This document shows, in pieces, positions 9,309 through 18,742 of a stretch of 64,000 nt of DNA; within the stretch, counting starts at the first letter, position 1, and the number at the start of each line of letters is the position of its first letter. This stretch comes from Candidatus Hadarchaeota archaeon (GTDB lineage Archaea; Hadarchaeota; Hadarchaeia; Hadarchaeales; JAGGTB01): positions 480,001 to 544,000 of the forward strand of contig CAYLJV010000001.1 of the NCBI GenBank assembly GCA_964384105.1, in the 5' to 3' direction. A program made the position numbers and the translations under genes. The notes beneath the pieces are model-generated. The model saw only the letters and a program-made list of their open reading frames with translations, was not told where the DNA came from and made no database searches.

Positions 9309-9563
9309 TTGACTGGGGAACATGAAGGTAGAGAGAATCTTACAGAGGAGACTAAGGATCTCGAGAGGGCAAGACAGTCTTTGATAGAAGAACTTGAGGC
9401 TATAAATTGGTATCAAGAGAGAATTGAAAATACAAAGAATAAAGAGCTAAAGAAGATATTGGAGCATAATCGCGATGAAGAGAAGGAGCATGTCGCTATG
9501 TTGGTAGAATGGTTAAGAGCTAACGATGAGGTACAAGACCGCGAGTTTGAAGACCACGATTAA
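9309..9563 (+). CDS. Ferritin-like protein of the encapsulated-ferritin (EncFtn/Flp) type
   Basis: RARQSLIEELEAINWYQER and HNRDEEKEH ferroxidase motifs; SD GGAGGTGA points to TTG 9309 (ORF track starts at 9294). Confidence 0.85.
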   Translation: MTGEHEGRENLTEETKDLERARQSLIEELEAINWYQERIENTKNKELKKILEHNRDEEKEHVAMLVEWLRANDEVQDREFEDHD

Positions 9564-9655
9564 GTTTATCAACCTTATTTCTTTCGTAAAACCAAAATTT
9601 TTCTTTTATTTACAATTAAAAAGGATAGGAGGAGACCTTGGGGCCTCGTGTAGAA

Positions 9656-10180
9656 TTATTCGTCGTTATCTCCGTCATCCTCTATTTCATTCAGGACCCT
9701 TTCACCAAGTTGCGAATCTATCATTAGCAAACTGCTGGTACTGTCTTTTGCCATTTCCAATTTCTGTACGATTTTATTCACGGAATTCTCTTCTTCTACC
9801 TGTTCTTCTACAAACCACTGGAGCATTTTTACCGTTGCTTTATCTTTCTCTTTTTCTGCCAAGTCGACTAGATCGTTAATTCTACCCGTGATGTACTGTT
9901 CGTGTTCATAAGCGTCTTTGAATGCTTTGTGGGGTGATTCCCATTCCGTTTTAGGTTTGTCTATTGCTTTCAGTTTTACTCTTCCACCTCTCTCTTCGAG
10001 GTAATCGTACAGTCTTATAGCATGTTCAACCTCCTCCTGAGCTTGTATCCTCATCCAATTAGCGAATCCTTCTAGATTCTTATCGCCGAAATCTGCAGCT
10101 ATCGAGAGATACAAGTAGGCAGAGTATAGCTCTGCATTTATCTGGTCGTTAATCGCTTCTTCTATTTTTTCTTTAATCAT
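9656..10180 (-). CDS. ftnA: Non-heme ferritin
   Basis: QINAELYSAYLY, QAQEEVEHA and WFVEEQVEEE motifs; SD GGAGGTGA before ATG 10180. Confidence 0.95.
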   Translation of the reverse strand: MIKEKIEEAINDQINAELYSAYLYLSIAADFGDKNLEGFANWMRIQAQEEVEHAIRLYDYLEERGGRVKLKAIDKPKTEWESPHKAFKDAYEHEQYITGRINDLVDLAEKEKDKATVKMLQWFVEEQVEEENSVNKIVQKLEMAKDSTSSLLMIDSQLGERVLNEIEDDGDNDE

Positions 10181-10210
10181 ATTTTTCACCTCCTGTGGTG
10201 TATGTGGGCT

Positions 10211-10228
10211 AAAAAAAAACAAAAAAAA
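10211..10228 (-). terminator. Oligo-T tract after peroxiredoxin gene
   Basis: T8-G-T9 on the minus strand just after the stop at 10234. Confidence 0.45.
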
Positions 10229-10233
10229 TGAAT

Positions 10234-10899
10234 TTATGGTGCCTTATGACAAAGCCACCAGTCGTAACATTCGAATTCTCCCTTTTTCGATCTTTTCAAT
10301 CTATCTTTTGCGGTTTCAACGTCTTTGGCCGGCGGTATTATTACATGGTCGCTCATCAATTCGTTTTCTGGCCAGTTAGCGGGAATTGCTACATTATCTT
10401 TGTCTGCTTTTTGGAATCCTTTTATCATTCTTATTAATTCGTCCATATTTCTCCCAAGTTCTTGGGGGTAATAAAGAATCGCCCGGATAGTGGATTCAGG
10501 GTCTACCATAAAAACGGCTCTTACTGTGTTATTTCCTTTGTTTGGATGAATTAGACCAAGAGTATCTGCTACTTTGCCTCGATCGTCTGCAATTATGGGG
10601 AACTCTATTTCCTCTCCTAATTTTTCTTCGATCCATTCGGCCCATTTTATGTGGCTGAACACTTGATCTATACTAAGTCCGATAAGTTCGGTATTTAATT
10701 CTCTAAATTTGTCATACCTTTTTTGGAAAGCATAGAATTCGGTGGTGCACACAGGTGTGAAATCTCCAGGGTGGGAGAATAGTATCCACCATTTTCCTTT
10801 ATAATCTTCTGGGAGCTTCTTTGTTCCATGAGTGGTTGTGACCGACATTTCTGGGAAGTTATCTCCTATCAAGGGCATTCTTGTTTTTCCTTCTTCCAT
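10234..10899 (-). CDS. Peroxiredoxin (archaeal Prx6-type)
   Basis: [15 protein letters not shown] active site, [10 protein letters not shown]-terminal CYDWWLC. Confidence 0.95.
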   Translation of the reverse strand: MEEGKTRMPLIGDNFPEMSVTTTHGTKKLPEDYKGKWWILFSHPGDFTPVCTTEFYAFQKRYDKFRELNTELIGLSIDQVFSHIKWAEWIEEKLGEEIEFPIIADDRGKVADTLGLIHPNKGNNTVRAVFMVDPESTIRAILYYPQELGRNMDELIRMIKGFQKADKDNVAIPANWPENELMSDHVIIPPAKDVETAKDRLKRSKKGEFECYDWWLCHKAP

Positions 10900-11011
10900 A
10901 ATTATTCCACCTCCCTTTACGTTTTATCTAAATTTTTCTACGATAGTAAGATATTTAAGCTTTTAGTTTCGTATTATTTAGTGCGATATTCGTAGGTTAT
11001 GTGGTAAAGTC

Positions 11012-11446
11012 ATGGTTGATGAAATAGATGAAAAATTAATTGAAATTCTCCAGAAGGACTCAAGGACGCCTAACACTGAAGTGGCAGAAAAATTGGATAT
11101 CAGTGAGGCATCGGTCAGAAATCGAATCAAGGATCTTCAGGAGCGGAATGTGATAAAGAAATTCACTGTTGAGGTCGATCCCGGAAAGATTGGCTATAAC
11201 TCAATAGCGTTAGTTGGCGTTGATGTGGACCCAGAAAAATTTCTCCCTGCTGCTAATAAGCTTGCAGAGTTCGATGAGATTCGAGAAGTCAGTCTTACAA
11301 CAGGCGACCATATGATTATGATGGAAATATGGGCTAGAACCGGAGAACATTTGACAAAAATTTTGAGCAAAAAAGTTGGGAGTATTGAAGGTGTAGAAAG
11401 GATATGTCCTGCCGTTATTCTCGAAAAAATAAAGGACGGTTTTTGA
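11012..11446 (+). CDS. Lrp/AsnC family transcriptional regulator (LrpA-like)
   Basis: N-terminal HTH (DSRTPNTEVAEKLDISEASVRNRI), TGDHMIM, RICPAVILE. Confidence 0.93.
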   Translation: MVDEIDEKLIEILQKDSRTPNTEVAEKLDISEASVRNRIKDLQERNVIKKFTVEVDPGKIGYNSIALVGVDVDPEKFLPAANKLAEFDEIREVSLTTGDHMIMMEIWARTGEHLTKILSKKVGSIEGVERICPAVILEKIKDGF

Positions 11447-11531
11447 GAATGGTTTCTTGTAGGAAAGTATTGCATAGGACTTGTTTTTAATAAAATGAAA
11501 ATTTCAACTTAGTTAAGTTGGTGAGTCCTAA

Positions 11532-12341
11532 ATGGTGGAACTAATTTCGTTAGGGTGCGGTGGCGGGAGGTATCAAACTTTGGATCAGACTTTTCGAACT
11601 GGTGGATTTAGAATTCATGATGAGGTAAAATTACACATAGACCCTGGCCCTGGAGCACTTCTATTGACTAACCAGCTTGGATTAAATCCGATGGAATTGG
11701 ATGGGGTAGTCGTTTCTCATTCTCATCCAGATCACTATGCAGATGCTGAGGTCCTTATAGATGCAATGTATCGGGGTGATTCAGGTGGTGTTTTTTTGGG
11801 GAACAAAAGTGCAATAGATGGTGCTGCTGATCATGGGCCCCTTGTCTCTAGATATCACAGAGAAAGAGCTAGTAAGATTGTCTCTTTGAAGCCTGGCGAG
11901 AATTTTGATCTACGGGGTTTAAATATTGAGTCTACTCCTACGGAACATACCGATCCCACTGCGATTGGGTTAAAATTTAGTACAGAAGATGGTACAATTG
12001 GGTACACAGGAGACACTGGTTATTTTGAAGAACTCCCGGGGATTTTTGTGGATTCAAGAATTTTGATTGCAAATGTTACCAGACCAGGGGATAAAAGGAT
12101 ATACGGACATCTCTGCTCGGATGATTTAATTAAAATATTGAATGTTGTCGAACCGGAGCTTGCTGTAGTAGTACATATGGGGATGTTATTTTTGCGGAGT
12201 TCTCCTAAAAAAGAAGCAAAATATGTTGAAGAAAAGACTGGGGTTAGGTCGATCCCAGGATACGTCGGGATGAAGGTAGATATGTGTGAAGAAGTGAACA
12301 TTATAAGAAAGTCTGTCCCCGATTTAACAAAATTTTCTTAA
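11532..12341 (+). CDS. MBL-fold metallo-hydrolase
   Basis: IDPGPG, SHSHPDH and YTGDT motifs. Confidence 0.88.
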   Translation: MVELISLGCGGGRYQTLDQTFRTGGFRIHDEVKLHIDPGPGALLLTNQLGLNPMELDGVVVSHSHPDHYADAEVLIDAMYRGDSGGVFLGNKSAIDGAADHGPLVSRYHRERASKIVSLKPGENFDLRGLNIESTPTEHTDPTAIGLKFSTEDGTIGYTGDTGYFEELPGIFVDSRILIANVTRPGDKRIYGHLCSDDLIKILNVVEPELAVVVHMGMLFLRSSPKKEAKYVEEKTGVRSIPGYVGMKVDMCEEVNIIRKSVPDLTKFS

Positions 12342-12386
12342 CTGGCTATTACTATTCCTTTTATACCGGAAGAATTCGAATTTGTT

Positions 12387-15065
12387 GTGATAGAGATGGA
12401 CATCCCGAAATCTTACGAACCGGAGAAAGTCGAGGAGAAATGGCAGAAAAAGTGGCGAGAGTTGAATATTGACGAGTTTGATCGGGAGGATCAGGAATCC
12501 CCGACCTATGTGATAGATACTCCACCTCCTTATCCCAGTGGAGAATTTCATATTGGAAACGCTTTAAATTGGATGTATTTTGATTTCGTTGCCAGATACA
12601 AACGGATGAAGGGATACAATGTACTATTTCCTCAAGGTTGGGATTGCCATGGATTACCAACTGAAGTTCAAGTTGAGAAAGAGAATAATGTGAGAAAGGG
12701 GGATATGCCCCGTGATGAGTTCCGAAGATTGTGTGTTGAGCTAACTGAAAAGAATATATCTCATATGAAAGAGGAGATGCGTTCTCTGGGCCTCTCCATA
12801 GATTGGTCTACTGAATATAGGACTATGGATCCCGAATATTTTGGAAAGACACAGCTGTCTTTTGTTAAATTGTATAATGACGGGTTGATTTATGAAGGCA
12901 AGCACCCGGTTAACTGGTGCCCCCGTTGTGAGACGGCGATAGCCGATGCGGAGGTTGAATATGAGGATCGAGAAGGAGTTATCAACTATATCAAATTCAA
13001 GGTTAAGGGAGAAGATGATCACCTTGTCATTGCCACTACCCGACCTGAGCTACTTCCCGCATGTGTTCTTGCAGCTGTCCATCCTGGGGACGAGAGGTAT
13101 GAAGAGTACGTTGGTAAGGAACTGGTAGTTCCAATTTTTGGACAGACTGTTAAGATAGTCGAGGATAATGAAGTGGATCCGGATTTTGGAACCGGAGCTG
13201 TGATGATTTGTACTTTTGGTGACAAGACGGATGTTCAATGGGTCAACAGATACGATCTTCCTATAATCGAAGCAATTAACGAAAAGGGTGAGTTGACAGA
13301 GGTTGCAGGATCTTATTCTGGACTTAGTGTTGATGAAGGCAAGAAAAAGTTTATCGAGGATTTGGGGGAGAAAGAGATTCTCATTAAAAAGGAACCTTTA
13401 GAACAAAACGTTGGCGTTTGTTGGCGTTGCAAGACCCCTGTTGAGATTTTGACAAAGGATCAGTGGTTTATGAGAGTTATGGATCTCAACGACGAAGTTG
13501 TAAGGGTGGCGGAGGAGATTAGATGGGTTCCTGAACACATGAGACTTCGGTTGCAAGAATGGGCGAGTTCCATGGATTGGGATTGGGTTATTTCTAGACA
13601 AAGAATATTTGCTACTCCCATTCCCGTTTGGTATTGCTCGGAGTGTGGGAATCCAATAGTAGCTAGAGAAGAGGATGTTCCAGTTAATCCTGTTCAAGAT
13701 GAAGCCCCGATAGAGGCTTGTCCAGAATGTGGTTGCTCTGATTTTGAGCCAGAAGAGGATGTTTTGGATACTTGGATGGATAGCTCTATTACCCCTGCGG
13801 TCCACGCGGGTTGGCCGGATATGGATTCAAGGCTGTTCCCTGCAGATCTCCAACCTAATGGAACGGACATCATTCGGACTTGGGACTACTATCTTCTGGT
13901 AAGAAGTTTGGCCTTGTTTGATCAACCACCATATAAAACTGTTCTAATAAATGGCATGGTTTTTGGGGAGGATGGAAGGAAAATGTCAAAGTCACAAGGA
14001 AACTATGTTGAAACAACTAGGGCGAGGAATCGGCATGGTGCAGATGCTCTCCGACAATGGGCGGCGATGGGGGCTACTCCTGGATCAGATGTTCCATTTT
14101 CTTGGAAAGAGGTGGATTTTGGATATAGGTTCTTCAGGAAATTATGGAATGCAGCTCGTTTTGCGGCACCACATATTGAGGAGGTAGATCTAGATTGGAA
14201 TCACGAAAATGTTGAAATGCGTCCGCCCGACAGATGGATTTTGAGCAGATTGAATAGGGTTATCGATCAGGCTACTCAGCATATGGATAATTTCAAATTC
14301 AATCAAGCTTTGAAAGAAATTCGAACTTTTGTTTGGCACGAATTTTGTGACATGTATATTGAAGAAATAAAGCATCGTCTCTACGATGGGGATATATCTG
14401 CTAGTGGTGCAAGATATTCTTTATATCAAGTTCTTTGGAATATTACCCGGCTTCTTGCTCCGTTCGTACCTCACTTTTCAGAGGAGTTGTATCATACTCA
14501 TTTCGCTTCCGAATACCCGTATGACAGTATTCATCAGTCTGAATGGCCGAAGTCTCAGGGGGGACGGATTGATGAAGATGCAGAAGAGCTTGGAAATGTA
14601 TTAAATTCGATTATTTCCGAGATTAGACAATTTAAATCGGATAGAGACATGCCTTTAAATGAAGAAATTTCTTCCGTAGAGATATATTCTCAGTCTGAAA
14701 AGGTAGCGGGGATTGTTGAGAAAGTGAAGGAGGATATTGAGGGATCTGCTAAAGTTTCCGAGCTTGTTACCAGTACTAAAAAACCGGATGTGGATGAGAA
14801 GATAATATCGGTGGAGCCGGATATGGCAGTTCTAGGTCCAAAGTTAAGAAATGATTCCAAATTGGTTTCCCGGGCTTTGTCTGAAAAGGATCCTGAAAAG
14901 TTAGCTAAGGAATTTGATGGGGAGTTATTAGTAGAGATTAATGGAAGAGAGTTTAATTTAACTGAAGAAGATTTGATAATAAAAAGAGGAACCGTTAGTT
15001 CCGGCAAGAAGGTGGAAGTTAGGAACATTTCAAATCCGGGAATAACTTTGGTAATATCTCGTTAA
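12387..15065 (+). CDS. valS: Valine--tRNA ligase
   Basis: [31 protein letters not shown]. Confidence 0.96.
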   Translation: MIEMDIPKSYEPEKVEEKWQKKWRELNIDEFDREDQESPTYVIDTPPPYPSGEFHIGNALNWMYFDFVARYKRMKGYNVLFPQGWDCHGLPTEVQVEKENNVRKGDMPRDEFRRLCVELTEKNISHMKEEMRSLGLSIDWSTEYRTMDPEYFGKTQLSFVKLYNDGLIYEGKHPVNWCPRCETAIADAEVEYEDREGVINYIKFKVKGEDDHLVIATTRPELLPACVLAAVHPGDERYEEYVGKELVVPIFGQTVKIVEDNEVDPDFGTGAVMICTFGDKTDVQWVNRYDLPIIEAINEKGELTEVAGSYSGLSVDEGKKKFIEDLGEKEILIKKEPLEQNVGVCWRCKTPVEILTKDQWFMRVMDLNDEVVRVAEEIRWVPEHMRLRLQEWASSMDWDWVISRQRIFATPIPVWYCSECGNPIVAREEDVPVNPVQDEAPIEACPECGCSDFEPEEDVLDTWMDSSITPAVHAGWPDMDSRLFPADLQPNGTDIIRTWDYYLLVRSLALFDQPPYKTVLINGMVFGEDGRKMSKSQGNYVETTRARNRHGADALRQWAAMGATPGSDVPFSWKEVDFGYRFFRKLWNAARFAAPHIEEVDLDWNHENVEMRPPDRWILSRLNRVIDQATQHMDNFKFNQALKEIRTFVWHEFCDMYIEEIKHRLYDGDISASGARYSLYQVLWNITRLLAPFVPHFSEELYHTHFASEYPYDSIHQSEWPKSQGGRIDEDAEELGNVLNSIISEIRQFKSDRDMPLNEEISSVEIYSQSEKVAGIVEKVKEDIEGSAKVSELVTSTKKPDVDEKIISVEPDMAVLGPKLRNDSKLVSRALSEKDPEKLAKEFDGELLVEINGREFNLTEEDLIIKRGTVSSGKKVEVRNISNPGITLVISR

Positions 15066-15119
15066 AGGAAGCTATTGGTTATGGATCTAATAGAATTAAG
15101 ATTCTTAGAGGGAGATTAA

Positions 15120-15842
15120 GTGAGATGTATTATATGTGGTAAAGGAGGGTCTGGAAAAAGCGTTATAACCTCCCTTTTGGCGAAAGAGATTTCGAGTAGG
15201 GGTCTGAATGTAGTCGTTGTTGATAACGATGAATCTAATTTTGGTCTTCATTCTTACCTTGGGGTGGATCTTCCTGGGAAGCTTATGGATTATTTTGGGG
15301 GACGGAAGGAGTTGTTCGATCGAGTAGAAGAAATGGAGCAGTTTAAAGTAGATTCTTTACCTTCCAAGTTCGTGTCCGAAAATAATGGCATAAAGCTCTT
15401 GGCCATGGGTAAGATAGAAGATTATGGTGAGGGGTGTGCATGTCCTATAAACGTTCTTACAAGCAAGTTTCTAAAAAATTTGGATTTAAATGAAAATGTT
15501 TTTCTATTAATTGATTCCGAAGCAGGTATTGAGCACTTTGGGAGGAAGGTAGAGGATGCATGCGATTCTGTTCTGGTAGTTGTAGACCCGACTCAGGAAT
15601 CCTTGAGACTTGCCGAAAAGATTTTGGGATTTGAGAGTATTGTAGAAAAAGGCGTTTTCTTTGTTTTGAATAAAGTTGATAAAGAAAGTGAAGATTTTCT
15701 ACTGAAATCCCTACCTAAAGAGAGAGTAATCGCTACTGTGTATGATAATCGGGATATATTCAAGGCGGGTATGAGAGGGAGGGAAGTAGATGGAAAGTAT
15801 AGGGGGATTGAGAAATTAGCGGATTTCTTGTTGGGAATATAG
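15120..15842 (+). CDS. CooC-like nickel-insertion ATPase (MinD/SIMIBI family)
   Basis: GKGGSGKS deviant Walker A, GEGCACP Cys-x-Cys motif, DSEAGIEHFGR. Confidence 0.82.
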   Translation: MRCIICGKGGSGKSVITSLLAKEISSRGLNVVVVDNDESNFGLHSYLGVDLPGKLMDYFGGRKELFDRVEEMEQFKVDSLPSKFVSENNGIKLLAMGKIEDYGEGCACPINVLTSKFLKNLDLNENVFLLIDSEAGIEHFGRKVEDACDSVLVVVDPTQESLRLAEKILGFESIVEKGVFFVLNKVDKESEDFLLKSLPKERVIATVYDNRDIFKAGMRGREVDGKYRGIEKLADFLLGI

Positions 15843-15898
15843 GAAGAAATAGTTTTAGCATTCCTCTAATTTTTTCTAATTGAAATTTTGGTGTTTAA

Positions 15899-16294
15899 AT
15901 GAGTAGTTCAGATAAGAGTTTGCAAGAGACACTTGACGAGGGTTTGGAAAATTTTTGGAAAATATTGGATAGAATTATCGGTTCAACTTCAAAACGCCCT
16001 CGAAAAGAGCTCGATGAAGCGATTATGAGACTCGAAAGGAGACTGAAAGAAGGGGTTAATAAAAAAGTTGGAGATACTGAAGAGAAGAAATCAAAAATCC
16101 TTCAGATTGAGGTGATGATAAGCGAGATCAGAAATAACTTGGATAGGATTTTAGAAGTAAAAGCTGATGATCGTGGAGAAAAGAAAAAACTGAAAATTTC
16201 GGGTGATTCAAAAGATTCACAAAAAAAGCTCGACGAATATCCCGATAGCAATCTAGAATCATTTAAGGAGAAAATAAATTCTTTAGACTTTTGA
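15899..16294 (+). CDS. Hypothetical charged helical protein
   Basis: 131-aa K/E-rich ORF filling the gap; no motif. Confidence 0.5.
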   Translation: MSSSDKSLQETLDEGLENFWKILDRIIGSTSKRPRKELDEAIMRLERRLKEGVNKKVGDTEEKKSKILQIEVMISEIRNNLDRILEVKADDRGEKKKLKISGDSKDSQKKLDEYPDSNLESFKEKINSLDF

Positions 16295-16320
16295 AGACTG
16301 ACTTCTGACCGGAGAATTTA

Positions 16321-17022
16321 CTATTTGTTTCCTGGTGGCAGAATTAGAGTTCCGCTGTGAGCTGCTCCGTCCATTATCTCAGGTAGTCTTTCAATTTCGT
16401 TTTTGCCTAGTACTAGACTTTTGATTTTTGCCCCTTGAATTATTCGAGTAGCCATAGGGTCTATGATAGTAGTCATTCCAGGTTCGAATTTCATTTTTTT
16501 CATTAGATCTGAAAGCTCTGCTGTTGTCATTTTGTCTATCTTCTCTGCTTTTTTGTTCTTTTTTGGATCTGCGGTATAAACGCCATCGACATCGGTGAAA
16601 AATATCAACATCTTAGAGTCGCTAGTCTCTGCAAGTTTTGCTGCCACAGCATCGGTTGTATGGCCTGGTTTTGTTCCACCCATGACGGGTATTTTGTTTT
16701 TGAAAGTTGAACGATTAGCTTTTTCGAAGTTTTCCGTTGGTTTTTCCTCCGCTATTTCACCCAAGGAGGAAATAAGGAGCTGAGCATTTAGTCTAGTGAC
16801 CGCTATTCCTATTATATCGAGATCTTTATGTGAAATTCCAAGTTCTTTACCCGCTTGTATATATCTACGGGCGGTCCGTCCTCCACCTGTTACAACTAAG
16901 ATTTCATGACCTTCTTTTTTTAATTGTTTCAATGTTTTAGATATGGTCTTTATTACTTCAACGTCTATTTCATCTGGATTTAGAATAGAGCCACCGAAAT
17001 TTATTGTTACTTTCATTAGCAT
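16321..17022 (-). CDS. pyrH: UMP kinase
   Basis: GGSI, VTGGGRTARRY, MGGTKPGHTTDAVA, TDVDGVYTADP. Confidence 0.93.
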   Translation of the reverse strand: MLMKVTINFGGSILNPDEIDVEVIKTISKTLKQLKKEGHEILVVTGGGRTARRYIQAGKELGISHKDLDIIGIAVTRLNAQLLISSLGEIAEEKPTENFEKANRSTFKNKIPVMGGTKPGHTTDAVAAKLAETSDSKMLIFFTDVDGVYTADPKKNKKAEKIDKMTTAELSDLMKKMKFEPGMTTIIDPMATRIIQGAKIKSLVLGKNEIERLPEIMDGAAHSGTLILPPGNK

Positions 17023-17185
17023 CCGAAATCTTCTTTTGAATTTTATATTATTAACTTGGTGGTTATTTTTGAAAAATTAACAAAAAATGCTTTTGTTATT
17101 AATAAATGGAACAAAAAGTACTTAGATAAACATTACAAAATTCCTATAAAGGAGAAATTACACCTTTGAGTAGGGAGGTTTCGGA

Positions 17186-17425
17186 ATGGTACGAGCATAT
17201 ATTTTGGTAACTACCGAAGTTGGAAAAATGAGAGAAGTCTTTGAACAGTTGGAGAAAATCGAATCCGTAAAGGAAATCGATATGCTTACTGGGCCATATG
17301 ATCTAATTGTTCAAGCTGAAGCCGAAGATATGACAGATCTTACAGATGGAATTGTAGAAAGAATAAGGGATGCTGATGGTGTAAAGGATACGACTACTAA
17401 TATCGTGATAGAGGGCAGTGCTTAA
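17186..17425 (+). CDS. Stand-alone Lrp/AsnC ligand-binding (RAM) domain protein
   Basis: AYILV...TGPYDLIV...IRDADGVKDTTT; no HTH. Confidence 0.88.
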   Translation: MVRAYILVTTEVGKMREVFEQLEKIESVKEIDMLTGPYDLIVQAEAEDMTDLTDGIVERIRDADGVKDTTTNIVIEGSA

Positions 17426-17500
17426 CCTCGGTTATATTTTAGAAGTTTAGAATCCGAAATCATCTCTAATTAATAGATATAAAGGATAAGGAGGTGTGAG

Positions 17501-17719
17501 ATGGTCTTTATAAGAATAGATCAGAATGATTGTTCTGGTTGCGGAGCTTGTTTTAGTGTTTGCAACAGGGTTTTTAGAACTGATGAGGGGAGAAATTCAC
17601 AGCTTGTCGAGCAATATCAAGGTGATAGTCCGTATGTAGGTGAAGTCCCAGATAGTTTGAAGAGCTGTGCTAAGAATGCCGCGGATAGCTGTCCCAATAA
17701 TGCCATTAATATCCAGTAG
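17501..17719 (+). CDS. Single-cluster ferredoxin
   Basis: CSGCGAC...AADSCP; GGAGGTG SD. Confidence 0.9.
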   Translation: MVFIRIDQNDCSGCGACFSVCNRVFRTDEGRNSQLVEQYQGDSPYVGEVPDSLKSCAKNAADSCPNNAINIQ

Positions 17720-17946
17720 AAAACTCATTCGTTTGTTTATTTTTTACTTAAGGGTTTACTTTTGACTGGTCTTTATGCTAAGGTAGTGGGGAATGTAGAA
17801 TTTTTTCTGCGATCTATCTTTTAGTTAAAGTTGATTTTATTTTTTAGCTGATCTATTAATAGCTATTTATTAAGTCTTCAGTTTCAGGGGAAGATCGGGT
17901 TATTGATCCTAAAAGGATTTAAACTAAAGAAAATATTAGCATTCTA

Positions 17947-18351
17947 ATGCAAACTTTTTTACCCTATTCCAGTTTTCAAGCCTCTGCTAGAGTTCTTGAT
18001 TATAGAAGATTAGGTAAACAACGAAGCGAAGCATTGGTTATAGTGAGGGCTATAGAAAAAGGTAATGGATGGAGCAATCATCCAGTGACAAAAATGTGGA
18101 AGGATTATGTTATGGCTCTCAAACTTTATCATAACGTAATTATTGAAGAGTGGATAAAAAGAGGTTATAATAACAATATGGATCTTTTCGAGATTAGAAA
18201 ACCAGTTGTTAAACCACCATGGCTAGGTGATCAAAGACTTCATAGAAGCCACAGATCAAATTTACTGAGAAAAGACTTGGAATACTACAGTCAATTCGGT
18301 TGGAATGTTCCAGACAATCTTGGATATTTTTGGCCTACAAAAGATTATTAA
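17947..18351 (+). CDS. Pyrimidine dimer DNA glycosylase/T4 endonuclease V-like protein (MSMEG_6728 family)
   Basis: MQTFLPY, LDYRRLGKQRSEA, GWSNHP..KMW, PPWLG..LHRSHRSNLLRKD, YFWP. Confidence 0.85.
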   Translation: MQTFLPYSSFQASARVLDYRRLGKQRSEALVIVRAIEKGNGWSNHPVTKMWKDYVMALKLYHNVIIEEWIKRGYNNNMDLFEIRKPVVKPPWLGDQRLHRSHRSNLLRKDLEYYSQFGWNVPDNLGYFWPTKDY

Positions 18352-18455
18352 GAATAAAAAAATTGAAAGTTCAAATTCTATTAGTGAATATAGTTTGTCT
18401 TGGACCATTAATAGACTATTTTTCTCGATAATGTGAAACAAGATAGCTTAGTTCT

Positions 18456-18599
18456 CTAAAAGCCAGTGTAATATTTCTTAACTTCTTTTGCTACTGCCTC
18501 ACAAGGCATCAAGTTCTTTCCACAAATAGAACATTTACCATCTGATGTAATTTTTGGTTGTTCTTTTACTTCTTTTCCACAAATTCCGCACTTAACCAT
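18456..18599 (-). CDS. Zinc-finger microprotein, 47 aa (below ORF-track cutoff)
   Basis: MVKCGICGKEVKEQPKITSDGKCSICGKNLMPCEAVAKEVKKYYTGF; two CxxCG knuckles; SD GGGGGTGA upstream. Confidence 0.75.
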   Translation of the reverse strand: MVKCGICGKEVKEQPKITSDGKCSICGKNLMPCEAVAKEVKKYYTGF

Positions 18600-18662
18600 A
18601 ATTAATCACCCCCCTCGGTCTTTATAAAGCGTTTTTCCCAAACCAGGCCTACTAATAACATC

Positions 18663-18677
18663 TTATCTTTAAGATAA
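18663..18677. promoter_or_regulatory. Perfect inverted repeat between the divergent Zn-finger and heliorhodopsin genes
   Basis: TTATCTT-T-AAGATAA, upstream of TATA-like TTTTAAAT near 18694. Confidence 0.35.
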
Positions 18678-18742
18678 TTAAAGATTACGTATTATTTTAA
18701 ATGTTAGTTCCTATATATCATTATAAGGGGTAGTGAGGTAAT

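Noticed and set aside
9526-9879. 117-aa plus-strand ORF
   Set aside because: Overlaps both ferritin genes and has no protein-like features
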